Below the pieces are notes generated by a model that saw nothing but the letters and a program-made list of their open reading frames with translations, was not told where the DNA came from and did not search any database. This document shows positions 9,927 through 19,364 of a stretch of DNA of 64,000 nt, piece after piece (position 1 is the first letter of the stretch; every line of letters starts with the position of its first letter). The DNA is taken from positions 2,304,001 through 2,368,000 of the forward strand of contig CAWCKH010000004.1 in NCBI GenBank assembly GCA_963796055.1, read 5' to 3'. Source of the stretch: an uncultured delta proteobacterium (GTDB lineage: Bacteria; Myxococcota; Myxococcia; Myxococcales; Myxococcaceae). A program made the translations under genes and the position numbers.

Positions 9927-10850
9927 CCGAGCGCCTCCCATCGATCGATCAGCACGCCCCAGCGGAGCCCCCGGTCCGACACGCCGCGCACCGGCGGCGC
10001 CGAGGTGCCGGAGCGCGGTCTCGAAGAGCAGCGCTCCCGCGGGAAGGACATCGGCCCGTCTGGGCTGCATCCCGGGCAGGGTGCGCCGGACGTCGAGCGG
10101 CACGGTGCACAATCGGTCCCGCACCGCGGCCACCTCCTCCAGCGACAGCCAGCCGCCGTGTACCCGCGCCGGGTCGTAGGGCTCGATGCCGTGCGCGATG
10201 GCGTAGAGGCTGGTGACGGTGCCGGCCACGCCCACCACCCGTACCTCGCGCGGAAAGGCAGGCAGCGCGGAGAGCGCCTCGCGCACGGCTGCCCGGACCG
10301 CCTCCTGCTCCGCCGGGCTCGGCGGGTCGGAACGCACGCAGCGCTCGGTCAACCGGACCGAGCCGATGTCCAGGCTCGTCCGGAAGAGCACCGTCGACCC
10401 GAGGCCATGGACGAGCTCGGTGGAGCCACCACCGACGTCGACGACCAGCAGCCCCGCCTCCCCGGCGCCGGCGGCGAAGTCCCGGGCCACGGCCAAGTAC
10501 GAGAGCCGGGCCTCCTCGTCCCCGGAGAGGATCTCCACGTTTCCACCGGTGCGCTCGCGCGCCAGGGCGAGGAACTCGGCGCCGTTCCGGGCGTCGCGCG
10601 CCGCGGAGGTGGCGGTCACCACCAGCGCCCGGGCCCCGGAGGCCCGGGCGATGTCCGCGTACCGCTCCAGCACCTCGAGGGTCGCCGCCATCCCCTCGGG
10701 GGAGAGCACCCCCGAACGGTCCACTCCCCGCCCCAGCCGGGTGATCTCCGCCTCCTCGCGCACCGGCCGCACCACCCCGTCGCCCGCACGCTCGGCGACG
10801 AGCAGCAGCACCGAGTTGGTGCCCACGTCCACCGCCGCCAGCCGGCTCAT
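9923..10850 (-). pseudogene. Ppx/GppA family phosphatase with a +1 frameshift near the C-terminus (mutation or sequencing error)
   Basis: AVDVGTNS, TSAARDARN, DVGGGSTE and GVAGT motifs; the conserved tail VSDRGLRWGVL is in another frame after about 9983; span is 928 bp (3n+1). Confidence 0.8.
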
Positions 10851-11410
10851 GCGAGCGACCAGGCGATGTCCGCCGAGGGCACCACCTGGATGCTCCACCG
10901 GCCGGCGGAGAAGCCGTCCAGCACCCGGTTGTGGTGGGCGACGATCTGCCGGAACGACAGCTCGCCCGAGTCGCCGGTGGTGTGGCCATCCGCGGCGAGC
11001 ACCACGTCCCGGAAGAGTGACACCGCGCGCCGGCAGGTGGTGTCGACGCAGTACTCGGTCATGCAACCGGCGACGACCAGCCGCCGGATCTGCTGGGCGT
11101 TGAGGATCTCTGCCAGCCTGGTCTCGAAGAACGCGTCGGAGCTCCGCTTGTGGACCACCGGCTCGTTGCCCCGCGGCGCCACCTCGGGCCGGAGCTCCCA
11201 GCCGGGCGTTCCACGCTCCAGCCGGTGCCCGAGGTCTCCGTCGTGCTGGACATGGATGACCGGGAAGGCGCGCCGGCGCGCCCGGTCGAGCAGCCCGGTG
11301 ATCCGCTCCACCGTCCCGTCCAGCGCCGCCTGGACGTCGGGCCCGCCCTTGCCGAGCAGGATGTTGCGTTGCACGTCGATGACGAGGAGCGCGGTGTCGG
11401 GCCCGGCCAT
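10847..11410 (-). CDS. Cysteine hydrolase / isochorismatase family protein
   Basis: ALLVIDVQ, KRSSDAF and GCMTEYCVDTT motifs. Confidence 0.92.
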   Translation of the reverse strand: MAGPDTALLVIDVQRNILLGKGGPDVQAALDGTVERITGLLDRARRRAFPVIHVQHDGDLGHRLERGTPGWELRPEVAPRGNEPVVHKRSSDAFFETRLAEILNAQQIRRLVVAGCMTEYCVDTTCRRAVSLFRDVVLAADGHTTGDSGELSFRQIVAHHNRVLDGFSAGRWSIQVVPSADIAWSLA

Positions 11411-11453
11411 GCGCGGCCGACCTTACCCGACCCGGCCGGCACAGCAGAGGCCG

Positions 11454-12650
11454 TCAGGCCATGGCCTCCCGGAGTGCCGAGGCCAGGAAGACGTACTGCG
11501 CCTCGGAATTGTGGAGATGCGGCGACACCCGGATCCACCGCCGGTGTGGAACCGGCCAGCCGTACACCGGCACCTCGATGCGGTGGCGCTCGAAGAGCCA
11601 GTCTTGCAGCGGATCGAGCGCGTTCGGTCTCGCAGGCGGCCAGCGCGGGTCCTCCGGGAGGGCCACCGCGGCCAGCGCGCCGAGCATCGCCTCCGGGCAC
11701 GGAGGCTCCACGCCCAGCGCCTCGCAGACCAGCGTCCTCGCGCGGCGGGCCAGCGCGCCGTTCCGGGCGCGCACCTCGTCCCAGCCCCCGGGCAGCAGCC
11801 CGCCCACCACCTCGATGGCCCGGCCCACGCACAGCAGCGCCGAGGGGTCGCGCGTCCCGGTCCAGTCGAACTCCAGCCGGAAGCGTGAGCGGTCGGTGCG
11901 CGGCGAGTTGGCACCATGGCTGATGACCAGCGGGCGGATGCCGGCCTGGCGGTCGCGGCGGACGTGGAGGAAGCCGGCCCCCTTGGGGGCGCAGAGCCAC
12001 TTGTGGCAGTTCCCAGTGTAGTACGCCGCACCGAGCGCCCCGACGTCGAGGGGCACCATGCCCGGAGCGTGGGCGCCGTCCACCAGCACGTCGACGCCGC
12101 GCGCCCGGAGAGCCGGCACCAGCGCCTCGACCGGAAACACCACCCCGGTGGCGCTGGTGACGTGATCCAGGAGCACCAGCCGGGTGCGCCCCGTCACCGC
12201 TCCGAGCACCGGCTCCGAGACCTCCGAAGGCCCCCGGAGCGGGAACGGCACCGGGGCGACGACCACCCGCGCGCCGGCGCGGTCGGCCACGGCGTGGAGC
12301 GCATTGGCGCAGGCGTTGTACGCGTGGTCGGTGGTCAGCAGCTCGTCACCGGGCCTGAACGCCAGCGAGCGCAGCACGGTGTTCACCCCGGCGGTCGCGT
12401 TGTCCACGAAGGCCAGGTCCTCGGGGTCGGCGCGGAGGAAGGCGGCCAGCCGGGACCGGGCCTCGTCGAGCAGCGGCTCGATGGCGCGCACTAGGAAGTC
12501 GATCGGGTCTCGCTCCATCCGCGCCCGGAGCTCGGACTGGAGCGCGAGCACCTCGCGCGGGCAGGCCCCGAACGCGCCGTGGTTGAGGAAGGTGACTCCG
12601 GGGTCGAGTGTCCAGTGGGTGGCGAGCGGCGGGGGCTCGGGCCGCCTCAC
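11454..12650 (-). CDS. Class V PLP-dependent aminotransferase (isopenicillin N epimerase / cysteine lyase-like)
   Basis: FLNHGAFG, VDGAHAPG, GNCHKWLCAPKG (PLP lysine) and WTGTRD; GTG start overlaps the GNAT stop. Confidence 0.9.
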   Translation of the reverse strand: MRRPEPPPLATHWTLDPGVTFLNHGAFGACPREVLALQSELRARMERDPIDFLVRAIEPLLDEARSRLAAFLRADPEDLAFVDNATAGVNTVLRSLAFRPGDELLTTDHAYNACANALHAVADRAGARVVVAPVPFPLRGPSEVSEPVLGAVTGRTRLVLLDHVTSATGVVFPVEALVPALRARGVDVLVDGAHAPGMVPLDVGALGAAYYTGNCHKWLCAPKGAGFLHVRRDRQAGIRPLVISHGANSPRTDRSRFRLEFDWTGTRDPSALLCVGRAIEVVGGLLPGGWDEVRARNGALARRARTLVCEALGVEPPCPEAMLGALAAVALPEDPRWPPARPNALDPLQDWLFERHRIEVPVYGWPVPHRRWIRVSPHLHNSEAQYVFLASALREAMA

Positions 12651-13108
12651 CGGCGGGCTCCCCCGGGCGGGACCAGCGGGAGGTCGAAGGTGAAGTGCGT
12701 CTCCTCGAAGCCCAGGCTCCGGTAGAACGGGGGCGACTCCTCCCGGCGCCGGTTGGTGCGCACGTAGAGCTTCTCGCACCCCGCCGCCCGCGCCATCTCC
12801 GCCGCCGCCCGCGTCAGGGCACCGCCTACGCCGTGGCGGCGCGCGGCGCGATCGGTCACCAGTGCGGTGAGCTGCGCCGAGGGGTGTCGGCTGTAGAGGC
12901 GCGGATGGATGGCCACCGTGGCGAGGCCGGCGATCCGGTGGGTGCTGAGCTCGGCCACGAGGGCGTGCGCGAAGCCCCGGCCGAACTGCTCCAGCTGCCC
13001 GCGGAGCGTCTTTTCGTCGGTGGTGTAGCCCAGCTGCTCGAACAGCTGCACCAGCGCAGGGACGTCGTCCGGCCGCGCTGGACGGACCTGGACCTCGAAA
13101 TCGGACAT
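12647..13108 (-). CDS. GNAT family N-acetyltransferase
   Basis: VRPARPDD start, ARRHGVGGAL acetyl-CoA motif, FYRSLGF. Confidence 0.9.
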   Translation of the reverse strand: MSDFEVQVRPARPDDVPALVQLFEQLGYTTDEKTLRGQLEQFGRGFAHALVAELSTHRIAGLATVAIHPRLYSRHPSAQLTALVTDRAARRHGVGGALTRAAAEMARAAGCEKLYVRTNRRREESPPFYRSLGFEETHFTFDLPLVPPGGARR

Positions 13109-13203
13109 GGCGCGGCGGAGATATCAGACCGCGCGGGCGCCCGCCCCTGGGGTCCCGGACCCGAACCGGACTGTGCTCCTCTCGCCGCCTCGAGCCTGCG
13201 CGC

Positions 13204-13731
13204 TCAGAAGGGGCAGTTCCCGGGGGACGGGGCGTCGATCCGCCGCATTGGCCCGTGGGGCACCAGCTGGACGGCCACCGTCTTCGCCACGGCGTCGGTC
13301 TCGTTGCGGATGAGGTGCACGTGGCCCCCGCCCGCGTCCACCAGGGTTTGCCCCACCGTGTAGACGTGAGGGGTGCAGTCCGGGTCGTCCCCCTCGTACG
13401 CGGTCACCGTTCCCTGGGTGACGATGATCAGGCTCGCGCCCGGGTGGGTGTGCCATCCGGTCGTTCCCCCCGGCTGCCAGGTGTTGTCCTGCACGTAGAG
13501 GTCCGACGGCCCCCGCGTCCTGACGTGCGCGTACCAGAGGAACCGCCCGTCATCGTGCTTCTTGTGCCTGCCCGAGGGCAGCTCGAGGACCCAGTGGTTC
13601 CACAGATCCAGGTCGTCGAACGGGCCCGAGGCAAGGGTCGTGCCCTTGAAGTCCTTGGCGTCCGTCGCATGTCCGGTCCCCCCGAGCATCGTTGCAGAGA
13701 GCAGCAGCATCCACCTCAGTGACTTCCGCAT
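13204..13731 (-). CDS. Secreted cupin domain protein
   Basis: N-terminal signal peptide, PGGTTGWHTHPG and HVHLIRNE cupin motifs, Cys pair; GGAGG RBS. Confidence 0.85.
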   Translation of the reverse strand: MRKSLRWMLLLSATMLGGTGHATDAKDFKGTTLASGPFDDLDLWNHWVLELPSGRHKKHDDGRFLWYAHVRTRGPSDLYVQDNTWQPGGTTGWHTHPGASLIIVTQGTVTAYEGDDPDCTPHVYTVGQTLVDAGGGHVHLIRNETDAVAKTVAVQLVPHGPMRRIDAPSPGNCPF

Positions 13732-13898
13732 GGTTGTTTTCCTCCGTGGACCCCCCGTCGGGAGTCGGCTGGAAGGTTCCCGGGTGCGCGCTGGGGCTCA
13801 ACGGGCGATCCACTGCGACAGGTGGGTGCCGCTGTTCGCCGTTCGATGCCGTCGTTTGCCGCGCCCCCTCGGGTGGGGCTACACCTCGCCGGACACCC

Positions 13899-15941
13899 AT
13901 GACTGAGCCCCCGTCCCGCGGGGCCGCGGCGGCTGGCGGTCCCCCCCCGTCCGACCGCCTGGACTCGTGGAAGGAGATTGCCACCTATCTCCGGCGCGAC
14001 GTGACCACCGTCCAGCGCTGGGAAAAGCGCGAGGGCATGCCGGTGCACCGGCACGTCCACGACCGACTGGGATCGGTCTACGCCTCCCGGGCCGAGCTCG
14101 ATGCTTGGGCCAGGCGCCGCACTCTCGCCGATGCTGGCAGCGAGGGCCACGCGGTCGAGGAAAAGGCTTCGATCGTCGAGCCGGTGCCGGTGGTGCCGGT
14201 GGGTCGCCTCCGGTCGTTCCTCGCGGTCGGTCTGCTCTCCGCCGTGCTGGTGGTCGCCCTGGGCATCTGGTTCGTCCAGGGGCGCGTCCGCGCGCTCGAG
14301 GCTCCACTGTGGGGTGCACGGTTCCAGCCGCTGACCGACTTCGAGGGGGTCGAGCAGGCCGCTGCCATCTCTCGCGACGGGCGATTCGTGGCCTTCCTTT
14401 CCGATCGGGAAGGCCGGATGGACGTCTGGCTGACCCAGGTGGGCACGGGTCAGTTCTCGAATCTGACCCGTGGCACCATGCCGGAGCTGGTGAACCCCTC
14501 GGTGCGCACGCTCGGGTTTTCACCGGATGGAAGCCTGGTGACGTTCTGGGCGCGCAGGGGAGGTCCGGGGCTCGCCGAGATCTCCATCTGGTCGGTGCCG
14601 CTCCTCGGCGGCACACCGCGGCCCTACCTCGAGGGAGTGGCCGAGTTCGACTGGTCGGGTGACGGGGCCCGGCTCGCGTACCACACTCCGGGCCCCGGCG
14701 ATCCGACGTTCGTGCGTGAGCGCGGGAGCGCGGAGCCGCGGCACCTCCTCACTGCGCCGGAGGGCCTCCACTCGCACTTCCCCCTTTGGTCTCCGGACCA
14801 GACCTTTCTCGTCTTCGTCCACGGGGCGCTCCCCGATCGACTGGACCTGTGGCGGATCCGGCCGACGGGAGGGAAACCCGAGCGCCTCACCCACCACGAT
14901 GCCCAGGTCAGCCATCCGTTGTTCGTCGACGGGCAGATGTTGTTCTACCTGGTCACCGACCCGGACGGCTCGGGACCGTGGATCCAGAGCCTGGATCTGG
15001 AGACCGGCGTCGAACGGCGGCTCACGTCGGGCCTGGATCGGTTCACCTCACTCTCGGCCAGCGCCGACGGTCGACGGCTGGTGGCGACGCGCGCCACACC
15101 CAAGACCACCCTCTGGCGAGTGCCACTCGACGGAATCCGGGCGGACACGGCCAGCGCAGAGCGCATCCCGCTCACCACCGGAAACGCCTCCTTCCCGAGG
15201 CTGGAAGCCGATGCCCTCTTCTACGTGTCCTCCACCGGCAACGGCGATGGGCTGTGGAAGCTCCAGAACGGGGTTGCCACCGAGCTCTGGAGCAGCTCCG
15301 AGGCACGCATCGTCGGTGCCCCTGCGCTGGAGCCCGGTGGCCAGCGCATCGCGTTCTCGGTTCGCCGAGAGGGACGTGGAGCACTGACCCTGGTGAGCTC
15401 CGACGGGACGGGGACGCGGACCTTGTCCAGAGCCCTCGACGTCCAGGGCACGGCCGCCTGGTCGCCCGATGGCCGGAGCCTGACCGTCGCCGCGCGGGTG
15501 GACGACGTGCCTCGCCTGTTCACGGTGCCGCTCGACGGTGGGGTTCCAGTCCAGCTGGTCAAGGACCACTCGATCGACCCGCTTTGGTCCTCCGCCGGCG
15601 ACCTGCTGGTGTTCTCTGGCGCCGACGTGGGGACGACCTTCCCGTTGAAGGCGGTGAACGCCGATGGGAGCCCGCATCCGTTGTCACTGACGCTGACTCG
15701 CGGCGCGCGTCACCTCGCCTTCCTGCCCGGGACGCACTCGGTGCTCGTGCTGCGCGGGGAGATCGGCCACAAGAACCTCTGGCGCCTGGACCTGGACACG
15801 GGACACGAACAGCAGGTCACCGAGGTCGATCCCGACTTCGACCTCCGCGACTTCGATCCCTCGCCCGACGGCCGCTCCCTGGTGCTGCAGCAGACCCGGG
15901 AGCACTCGGACCTGGTGCTGATCGACCTGCCCGGACGGTGA
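13899..15941 (+). CDS. Putative membrane-anchored regulator: N-terminal HTH-like domain, one TM helix, TolB/PD40-like beta-propellers
   Basis: RLDSWKEIATYLRRDVTTVQRWE N-terminal motif, hydrophobic helix FLAVGLLSAVLVVALGIWFV, and many SPDG/WSPD repeats. Confidence 0.8.
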   Translation: MTEPPSRGAAAAGGPPPSDRLDSWKEIATYLRRDVTTVQRWEKREGMPVHRHVHDRLGSVYASRAELDAWARRRTLADAGSEGHAVEEKASIVEPVPVVPVGRLRSFLAVGLLSAVLVVALGIWFVQGRVRALEAPLWGARFQPLTDFEGVEQAAAISRDGRFVAFLSDREGRMDVWLTQVGTGQFSNLTRGTMPELVNPSVRTLGFSPDGSLVTFWARRGGPGLAEISIWSVPLLGGTPRPYLEGVAEFDWSGDGARLAYHTPGPGDPTFVRERGSAEPRHLLTAPEGLHSHFPLWSPDQTFLVFVHGALPDRLDLWRIRPTGGKPERLTHHDAQVSHPLFVDGQMLFYLVTDPDGSGPWIQSLDLETGVERRLTSGLDRFTSLSASADGRRLVATRATPKTTLWRVPLDGIRADTASAERIPLTTGNASFPRLEADALFYVSSTGNGDGLWKLQNGVATELWSSSEARIVGAPALEPGGQRIAFSVRREGRGALTLVSSDGTGTRTLSRALDVQGTAAWSPDGRSLTVAARVDDVPRLFTVPLDGGVPVQLVKDHSIDPLWSSAGDLLVFSGADVGTTFPLKAVNADGSPHPLSLTLTRGARHLAFLPGTHSVLVLRGEIGHKNLWRLDLDTGHEQQVTEVDPDFDLRDFDPSPDGRSLVLQQTREHSDLVLIDLPGR

Positions 15942-15948
15942 GCCTGGC

Positions 15949-17229
15949 TCAGGGACCCCAGTCCGGGGTGCTGTAGTCGCCCTTCTCCAGGGGGAGCATC
16001 TTCTGATTCTGGCCCTCGGCGGTCATCACCCAGATCATCGAGCCCCCCGTCCGGTTGCTGTTGAAGACGATCAGCCGCCCGTTGGGCGAGAACGACGGCT
16101 CCTGGTTGTTGCCCTGATCCTGGGTGAGGCGGGTCACCTTGCCGCTCTCCACGTTCACCGTGAAGAGGTCGAAGGCGTTCCGCTCGTCCCGGGCGGTGAA
16201 GGCGATGAGGTCCCCGCGCGGGGACCAGTCCGGCGTCTGGTTGTAGTTGCCCTGGAAGGTGAGCCGGCGGACGTCCTTGGGGTTGGCGACGGTGAGCACG
16301 TAGAGCTGCGGTGTCCCGGCCCGGTTGCTGACGAAGGCGATGCGCTTGCCGTCCGGACTCCAGGTGGGGCTGGAGTTGATGAAGTAGGGAGTGTCGGTGA
16401 GCGGCTGCGGATTGCTGCCGCTCGCGTCGGCGACGTAGAGCTGCGCGCCCTCGCCCTGGGCCATGCTGTAGGCGATGCGCCGCCCGTCGGGCGAGAACGC
16501 CGCGCCGGTGACCATCGCGCCGGTGTTCACCAGCGGAGTCGGAGCGCCGCCGGCCTTCTGCAAATAGAGGGACGGCTTCCCCGAGCGGTAGCTGGTGAAG
16601 GCCACCGCGTCGCCCTGCGGACCCACCACCGGCAAGAGGTTGATGCTCCCCTGGGCGATGGGCACCGCGCGCTTGCCGTCCCAGTCGCCGAGGTAGACGT
16701 CCTTGCCCTTGCCCACCCGCCGCACGAAGGCGAGGTGCGACTGGAAGGGTCCGGGCTCGCGGGTGAACTGCTTGTAGAGCGCGTCGGCGAAGAAGTGGGC
16801 CAGCTTCCGGGGCCGGTCCAGCGGCTCCACGTGCACCAGCCGGAGCTCCTCCCTGCCGCTGGAGACGGTGAACAGCCGCATCTCACCGCGCAGGTTGGGC
16901 CCGTCGGCCGAGAGCTGGACCTTCACCAGCGCCTCCGCGCCCACGTCCGCCCAGCGGGAGAAGGTGATGGTCGAGGCGGTGAAGCCCTCGCGCGCATCGG
17001 CGAGGTAGCTCTTGCGGTCCAGCACCTGGAAGATGCCCGCGGCGCTGCAGTCGAAGAAGAAGGCGTCGTCGAACTCGGGCGAGACCGTCCGCGCGCCGTC
17101 GTTGAGCGCCTGCGGCAGGGGGACGGCGATCGGCAGCGGCCGGAAGTTCGCCCCGGAGATCTCGATCACCGGCGCTTGGGCCAGGGCGATCAGGGGGCAG
17201 AGCAACAGGCTCAGGACCAGGGTGCGCAT
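15949..17229 (-). CDS. tolB: Tol-Pal system protein TolB
   Basis: Signal peptide, PLPIAVP N-domain, PD40 repeats (PTWSPDG, PDWSPRG, PSFSPNG); follows tolQRA. Confidence 0.92.
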   Translation of the reverse strand: MRTLVLSLLLCPLIALAQAPVIEISGANFRPLPIAVPLPQALNDGARTVSPEFDDAFFFDCSAAGIFQVLDRKSYLADAREGFTASTITFSRWADVGAEALVKVQLSADGPNLRGEMRLFTVSSGREELRLVHVEPLDRPRKLAHFFADALYKQFTREPGPFQSHLAFVRRVGKGKDVYLGDWDGKRAVPIAQGSINLLPVVGPQGDAVAFTSYRSGKPSLYLQKAGGAPTPLVNTGAMVTGAAFSPDGRRIAYSMAQGEGAQLYVADASGSNPQPLTDTPYFINSSPTWSPDGKRIAFVSNRAGTPQLYVLTVANPKDVRRLTFQGNYNQTPDWSPRGDLIAFTARDERNAFDLFTVNVESGKVTRLTQDQGNNQEPSFSPNGRLIVFNSNRTGGSMIWVMTAEGQNQKMLPLEKGDYSTPDWGP

Positions 17230-17254
17230 CGGTCGTGTGTCACTCCTCGTCGGG

Positions 17255-18019
17255 TCAGGGACGGAACTGGAGGACGACCCCGTACTTGCTGAGGGCGTCC
17301 CGGAGGTGGGTCGGTGGGGGAGCGAAGGGCGCGGCGCGCTTCACCGCGCCCATCACCGCGGAGTCGAACAGGTCGTTCCCGCTGGACTTCGCCAGCCGGG
17401 CGCGCTCCAGCTGCCCGGCGGGGGAGATGACCACCGCCACCTGGGCGACGAGCCGGATGCGCTCGGAATCGGGGATGGTGTCGGAGACATCGTAGAAGCG
17501 GGTGATCTGCGACCTGAGCCGGGCGTAGTAGGCCTCGCCCTCGGCCACCGCCGAGTCGCCGTTGGGATCGCCGTCGGCGGCGCCGGTGGTGTCCGCGGGC
17601 TTCGACTTGCTCATCCGGTCGAAGGCGCCCATCAGCTTCTGGCGGGGGTCGGCCTTCTTCTCCCCGGCCTGCCTCGTCTTCGGCGGCGGCGGCGCGGCCA
17701 CCGGGGAGGGAACCGCCGGCCGGGGCGGCTCGGGCGCGGCGACGGGCTCGGGCGCCTTCTGCTCCACCGGCGGTGGAGGAGGCTGCTCGATGCGGGGGAG
17801 CAGCTTCTCGTCTCGCGGCGTGCCCTGACGGACCAGGGTGGCCTTGATCGGCTTCTGGTCCAGATCGATGGCCGGGTCCTCGTGGAGCTTGGCCCAGACC
17901 AGGGCCAGCGACCCGAGCACCAGGTGCACCAGCGCCGACCAGAAGAGGAACTTGAGCAGCGGCCCTTCCGGGCGCCGGGCGAGCAAGGACACCGGAGCCG
18001 GTGAGGCGACTGCGGTCAT
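17255..18019 (-). CDS. tolA: TolA/TonB family energy transducer
   Basis: TM helix with SALVH (SHLS motif), Pro-rich linker, SSGNDLFDSAVMGAV C-domain. Confidence 0.85.
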   Translation of the reverse strand: MTAVASPAPVSLLARRPEGPLLKFLFWSALVHLVLGSLALVWAKLHEDPAIDLDQKPIKATLVRQGTPRDEKLLPRIEQPPPPPVEQKAPEPVAAPEPPRPAVPSPVAAPPPPKTRQAGEKKADPRQKLMGAFDRMSKSKPADTTGAADGDPNGDSAVAEGEAYYARLRSQITRFYDVSDTIPDSERIRLVAQVAVVISPAGQLERARLAKSSGNDLFDSAVMGAVKRAAPFAPPPTHLRDALSKYGVVLQFRP

Positions 18020-18462
18020 CGGCCGGGCACACCCTTCTTCCGCCCCGGCGAGACCGGGTCGGTGATCATTCCCAGATTTCCGATCCCGGCCCGCTGTGCG
18101 GCGGCCATCACCTCGACCACCACCCCGTAAGGCAGCGCCTTGTCGGCGTGGAGGTAGATCTCCTTGTCGGCCTGCGCCTTGGCGTTGGTCCGGAGCTTGT
18201 CCTCCAGCTCGTCGAGGGGGACCTCCACGTCGCCCAGGAACACCCGCTGCTTGCTGTCCACCGAGAGGACCAGCTTCTTCTCGCTGGACTCGACCGGGGC
18301 GGCCTTGGCCTCGGGCAGGTCGACCTTCACGCCCTTCTGGATGAGCGGCGCGGTCACCATGAAGATGATGAGCAGCACCAGCATCACGTCCACCATGGGC
18401 GTGACGTTGATCTCGCTCATCGTGGTGCGCCCGGGGGCACCCTTGCCGGCGGACATCGCCAT
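18016..18462 (-). CDS. tolR: TolR
   Basis: EINVTPMVDVMLVLLIIFMVTAP and ADKALPYGVV motifs. Confidence 0.93.
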   Translation of the reverse strand: MAMSAGKGAPGRTTMSEINVTPMVDVMLVLLIIFMVTAPLIQKGVKVDLPEAKAAPVESSEKKLVLSVDSKQRVFLGDVEVPLDELEDKLRTNAKAQADKEIYLHADKALPYGVVVEVMAAAQRAGIGNLGMITDPVSPGRKKGVPGR

Positions 18463-18486
18463 GACTGGTCGCTGCCTCTCTGCTCC

Positions 18487-19191
18487 CTACTTGAAGAAGT
18501 GCCGCTTGATGATGTTGAGGAAGTCCGAGGAGAAGTTGGCCATCTCGGTGTCGAACACCTTGATCCGGCTGACGAACGAATTGTACGCCACCACCGCGGG
18601 GATGGCGGCAAACAGGCCGGCGGCGGTGGCCACCAGCGCGTTACCGATGGGAGCCGCCACGGTGGACAGCGAGGCGTTGCCCTTCTCGGCGATCTCGTTG
18701 AAGGCCGAGAGGATGCCCATCACCGTCCCGAACAACCCCACGAAGGGGGCGGTGGCGCCCACGGTGCCGAGGAAGCTCACCCGCGACTCGAGCTCGGTGA
18801 TCTGCGAGGTGCTGGCCCGGTTGAGCGCCCGCTCGACGTTCTCGATGCCCCCCAGCCGCTCGCTCATCGCGTTCTCGTGGCCGTCCTTGCTCTGGGCGAG
18901 CTTGGACAGCTCCTCGTACCCGGCGCAGAAGACCCGGGAGATGGGCGAGCTGGGGAGGTTCCGGGCGGACTGGTAGATGGCATCCAGCCGCGACCCCTTC
19001 CAGAAGGTGTCCAGGAAGGTGATGGACTGGTCACGGGCCCGGTTCAGCTGCACGGCCTTCACCGCGATCAGCGCCCAGGAGACGATCGAGACGGCCACCA
19101 GCAGGGCGAGCACCGACAGCTCCACCGGCGAGCTCTGTCGGACGATGGAGAGATAGTCGATCGCCGCCAGGGCGACGGGGAGGGTGTGCAT
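18487..19191 (-). CDS. tolQ: TolQ
   Basis: APFVGLFGTVMGI and ALVATAAGLFAAIPA motifs. Confidence 0.93.
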   Translation of the reverse strand: MHTLPVALAAIDYLSIVRQSSPVELSVLALLVAVSIVSWALIAVKAVQLNRARDQSITFLDTFWKGSRLDAIYQSARNLPSSPISRVFCAGYEELSKLAQSKDGHENAMSERLGGIENVERALNRASTSQITELESRVSFLGTVGATAPFVGLFGTVMGILSAFNEIAEKGNASLSTVAAPIGNALVATAAGLFAAIPAVVAYNSFVSRIKVFDTEMANFSSDFLNIIKRHFFK

Positions 19192-19364
19192 AGGGGGATC
19201 TGCGGGAACCGGTAGCAGGCAGGTCCGACTGCCGTCAACGCTCGGGGAGCCTGGCGCAATCCCCATGCTCCGTTCGAGGTGAATACTGACGTCCGTAGCG
19301 GCGTCCTGGAGCGAGGGACAGACGGGCTGAAGGGCCGCTCGTTCTTCACCGGAGGAAGTCCGAC

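Noticed and set aside
8643..11066. 807-aa Ppx-MFS fusion as a novel protein
   Set aside because: Explained by a one-base frameshift. The MFS has its own RBS and start, and the ORF's first 72 codons overlap the isochorismatase gene in another frame.
4644..11888. Very long plus-strand ORFs (4644-7913, 8634-11888)
   Set aside because: Antisense shadows of real minus-strand genes in high-GC DNA; R/G/P/H-rich with no motifs.
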